DNA of 64,000 nucleotides. Origin: Dicyema japonicum (taxonomy: Eukaryota; Animalia; Dicyemida). A model generated the notes under the pieces. It had not been told where the DNA came from. It searched no databases and was given only the letters and a program-made list of their open reading frames with translations. Positions 60,737 through 64,000 of this stretch are shown in pieces (the first letter of the stretch is position 1; the number at the start of each line of letters is the position of its first letter). Position numbers and translations under genes: made by a program. The DNA lies in contig RDEW01000005.1 of NCBI GenBank assembly GCA_011109175.1, positions 1,236,657 to 1,300,656 of the forward strand, written 5' to 3'.

Positions 60737-63700
60737 TCATAAAAATGGAGCACACAAACTGATAATCACGTGTTGGAAACAAACACGCTTCAATCTCAGA
60801 GGACAATTTTCTTTCTTCAGACAAACGAAAATTCTTCCATCGAAAACTCTGAGTAATCTTGAACACCAGAGAACACTAAATGCTAGGACAAATCATACAA
60901 GTGAGGACAAAAACTCATGTTCAGCACATCTACTCAGTATAACTTCATTGGATACCAACGTCAATGCCTTTTCCATTAAAAGCATCAAATTAGTCCTGAG
61001 ATTACATCACTACATACCCACAATCCATAGCTAATTCACAGGACTCGTTATTGCCATCAAGCACTCCCTCCACAATCTAGGTTAAGAATGACCAACACCA
61101 GTTTTCTTAGTCTATGACAATACTGCACAATATTCAGCAGAGATTGCCTCAAATTAAGATTCGACCCAAAATTCTCAGCGATAACAACCGAATTGGACAG
61201 AGTGGCCATATTTGACAATTCGCTAGAAGACTGCAGTATTACAAAACAGTAAAATACATAAGATGATGCACATATCAGAAGGGTCTGAAATAACAAAATC
61301 CCGGACTTTATTAAACTTATGATATAACTAAAGGTGACCTGTTAAATTCATTTTTCGACGGATTAAAGCCTATTTTCGGGTATAAAGCGGTGATATTTTC
61401 CTCGTGAAACTGAGTAAGGGAAAAAACGAACCTTGTGATAAAGAATTTTGGGCATAGATGTCTGCAAACTGTTTGTGAGGGTCAATATCCGTAGAGTTAT
61501 AAATTGCTAGCGTCAAATAACATGGAAACCAAAATTCGTTGATAGTTTTCACCAGAATTTTCACGTTGTCTCCAAAAAGTGGCATTTTCAGCCAATTCAA
61601 CGCAAATGGTAAGGGCCAGCTTATTCGAATAAGGGATTTCCCCATTATTGTTTATTACCATAGAATCATCAACCCTCTAAAATAGAAAAGACGGTGACCT
61701 TCAAAAATTCTACTTCTGTATTCAATATGAACCTAATAAAATAGGGCATTCCGAGAATCCCGTAGTTATGGGTAATCAACAACATCAACTCAGCCATACA
61801 ATCCCACTTTTCCTTCTAAAAAGATTCTTTAGGGTCAATACCATAAAATCTGGGGAAATGCGTCAATAATGTTAGTACGGAGCATTACGTGAGAAATCTA
61901 ATATTTATGACAAAAGAACCTTCCGGAATTTTGAGGAGTGAGCTAGGAAAGCCACAATAGAGCTCCAATGCCAGAGAAAACAGAGATGGTCCTTCTAGGA
62001 TGATTATATGCAAAGATTACTATAAATATAGTCAAATGGTCAAATATTTTATGCTCCTCAAGGAAACTACAAACGTTGTCGGTAATGCAGAAACCCATAA
62101 TGAGAAATGAAAGGTCCATAATAGAATGGGCATCAAACTCATCCATAACATCCATCAGAGTACTCCAATTCTCCAAAAGGTTAACACAAACATAAACGAC
62201 ACGTGAGTTATCCATATCAATATCACTACATAGTTTTCTGATGCACAAAAAGGAGGAAAGCAGGGTCTCAGAATGGATTTCATTGCCATAACACGATTGA
62301 AGGACATCGCCTCAAAAATATCTTTCATGTACTTCAAGCATTCCAGGAGAGTCCCTTCTTTGAGCTTCATTTCACCGCTACCAAGTAAAATGATGAGGAA
62401 CCTCACAATAAGTGATACGAGCGAAAAATGGAGATTCGAAACATCGGTGATAGTCGTTAACTCATCATTAACGGTAGATCTCAGCAAGTCGGTTACTACT
62501 AGTAGTAACTCCTCGGAGACTGACGAGATCTTCCCGATAGATAGGAATTTTTCAGACGAAATAAAGAAATAGTGATATTTCTGCAAATCGCCTTCGTTTT
62601 GAGCACAATTCTAACATAAATTTGATCACTTACCTTCAAGTGGACGAATGACCGTCTCAATGTTATGTACATCAAATCAAGGGGCGGACAACTAAAAAAA
62701 CTCATTATTCTACCCCCGGAAAGACAACGATGAAAGAGAAAGTAGCAAATCGCACAATTCGGCAACAAGAGCGACGTCGTTGTCATAAATATCGCTGCGG
62801 TCACTCAATAATGCACACATAGAATCCCAAAACGAGCTTAATATCACAAAAAACGTACAAATCATCCACAACCAGAGTCTCATATCCGTTGATGACGAGA
62901 ACTCGGTAGAAACGAACGACGTAAATCAAATAAAACACATTTAATGGACTATTCTTCTAAAAATTAGAAATATGTACATACAAACGAGTCAAGGATACCC
63001 TTAATGGAATTCTTGATAATCCACATGTTGTCTCCCTGCAAAATTTTCAAACAATAAAAACCTGAGTGAGCTGAGCAAAAAGTGAAGAAAAGTTAGAGCA
63101 AATGAACTCCCAAAAGTCCAAAACAGCCTTAATCACGTGCACGTTTGTACAGTTCTTAAATGTATAAAACGATTACCGTCAAAATAGCAGAACATCGACG
63201 GAAAAACAGAGGGCAGTAAATATCGACGTCTTCCAGATCGACCAAGGCCTACACCGATAAATAATAACTCTGACCCTTCCGAATAAGACCATTGCGTCAA
63301 AATAAAGGGTAATATTATTAGTGCAGATGTTATCACATAGTAGTATAATATCCGGGAGAACACGTGTGAACATTGAGAAAGCAAAATTCTGAGGAAAGTC
63401 AAGTGAATCGGAGAAACAAATTACAAACAGTCCGAGTGACTCATTGAATAGCTTGAAGTGAGGATGGCGGCACAGACTACGATCTTTGATATAAAATACC
63501 AGTTTACGGGCAAAACCGAATCATCGAATGATATAAAGTCAAACAAGGATGTAATGGGACAGTCCAGTCGGGCAGAATAATATTTCCGACTAGCCAGTTC
63601 TATTATTAACAGACGAAACGAATATGGGCAGTTTAATAGCAGGCTTTGGATAAAGTCGAACAGTCCAGCGACTAAAAGTTACCGTGAAATCAACCCAAAT

Positions 63701-64000
63701 CAACGTAAATCCAACTTTCACGGAAATCTAAAAAATTTCCGGAAAGTACACAGACTGTGTGGCACAGAAACCCTAGAATTTTATTCCACCATTTCAAATC
63801 GCCATCCCTGGAGACCTGTGGTTTGTGTAAAACAGTAACCTCGTAGTATTTTGTAAGAAAGTCAAGAAATGATAAAGTAAAACAATTTTGGTTCAAATCC
63901 AAGATCTCTGATTCGATAATCAGCATCAATTTGTCAAAATTCACAAAAAGACCGCGTTTCATAGCAGTTTCCACGAACTATGTAAAAATGAGTTTAAACC
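60737..64000 (-). CDS. Large multi-exon gene for an unidentified alpha-helical (HEAT/ARM-like?) protein; 5' end outside the window
   Basis: A chain of Leu/Ile/Phe-rich open segments joined by 21-24-nt GT-AG introns (e.g. gtgttggtcattcttaacctag, gtatgtagtgatgtaatctcag, gtttccaacacgtgattatcag), ending ...EIEACFLCAPFL*. No family recognised. Confidence 0.6.

Overview
AT-rich eukaryotic DNA, most likely from a highly reduced parasitic animal. It contains about ten compact host genes whose GT-AG introns are mostly 21-28 nt: ERV1/GFER, CHMP2A, NSF, PRIM2, WDR82, UBE2I, an mGluR-like class C GPCR, coronin, an orphan repeat/TM gene, and a large unidentified helical-protein gene running off the right end. 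This intron size is best known from dicyemid mesozoans; that taxon is an inference, and myxozoans are not excluded. The genes sit among decayed transposons: APE-type LINEs (Jockey/I, CR1, RTE-like), many CRE-clade RLE fragments, microsporidia-like RLE fragments, a MULE, hAT and Ginger remnants, MITEs and a tRNA-derived SINE family. Highlights: (1) a chimeric SINE, apparently a Pol III read-through into a foldback MITE arm, retroposed twice with TSDs, with a matching parent-like locus in the window; (2) a conserved four-way-junction RNA core in that SINE; (3) a probably intact CRE retrotransposon with an N-terminal PHD finger, nested in a MULE; (4) an orphan gene whose 114-bp tandem repeat is an 87-nt exon plus 27-nt intron cassette. 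Scattered single-base indels in essential genes suggest long-read consensus error. All calls come from manual reading; no database searches were run.
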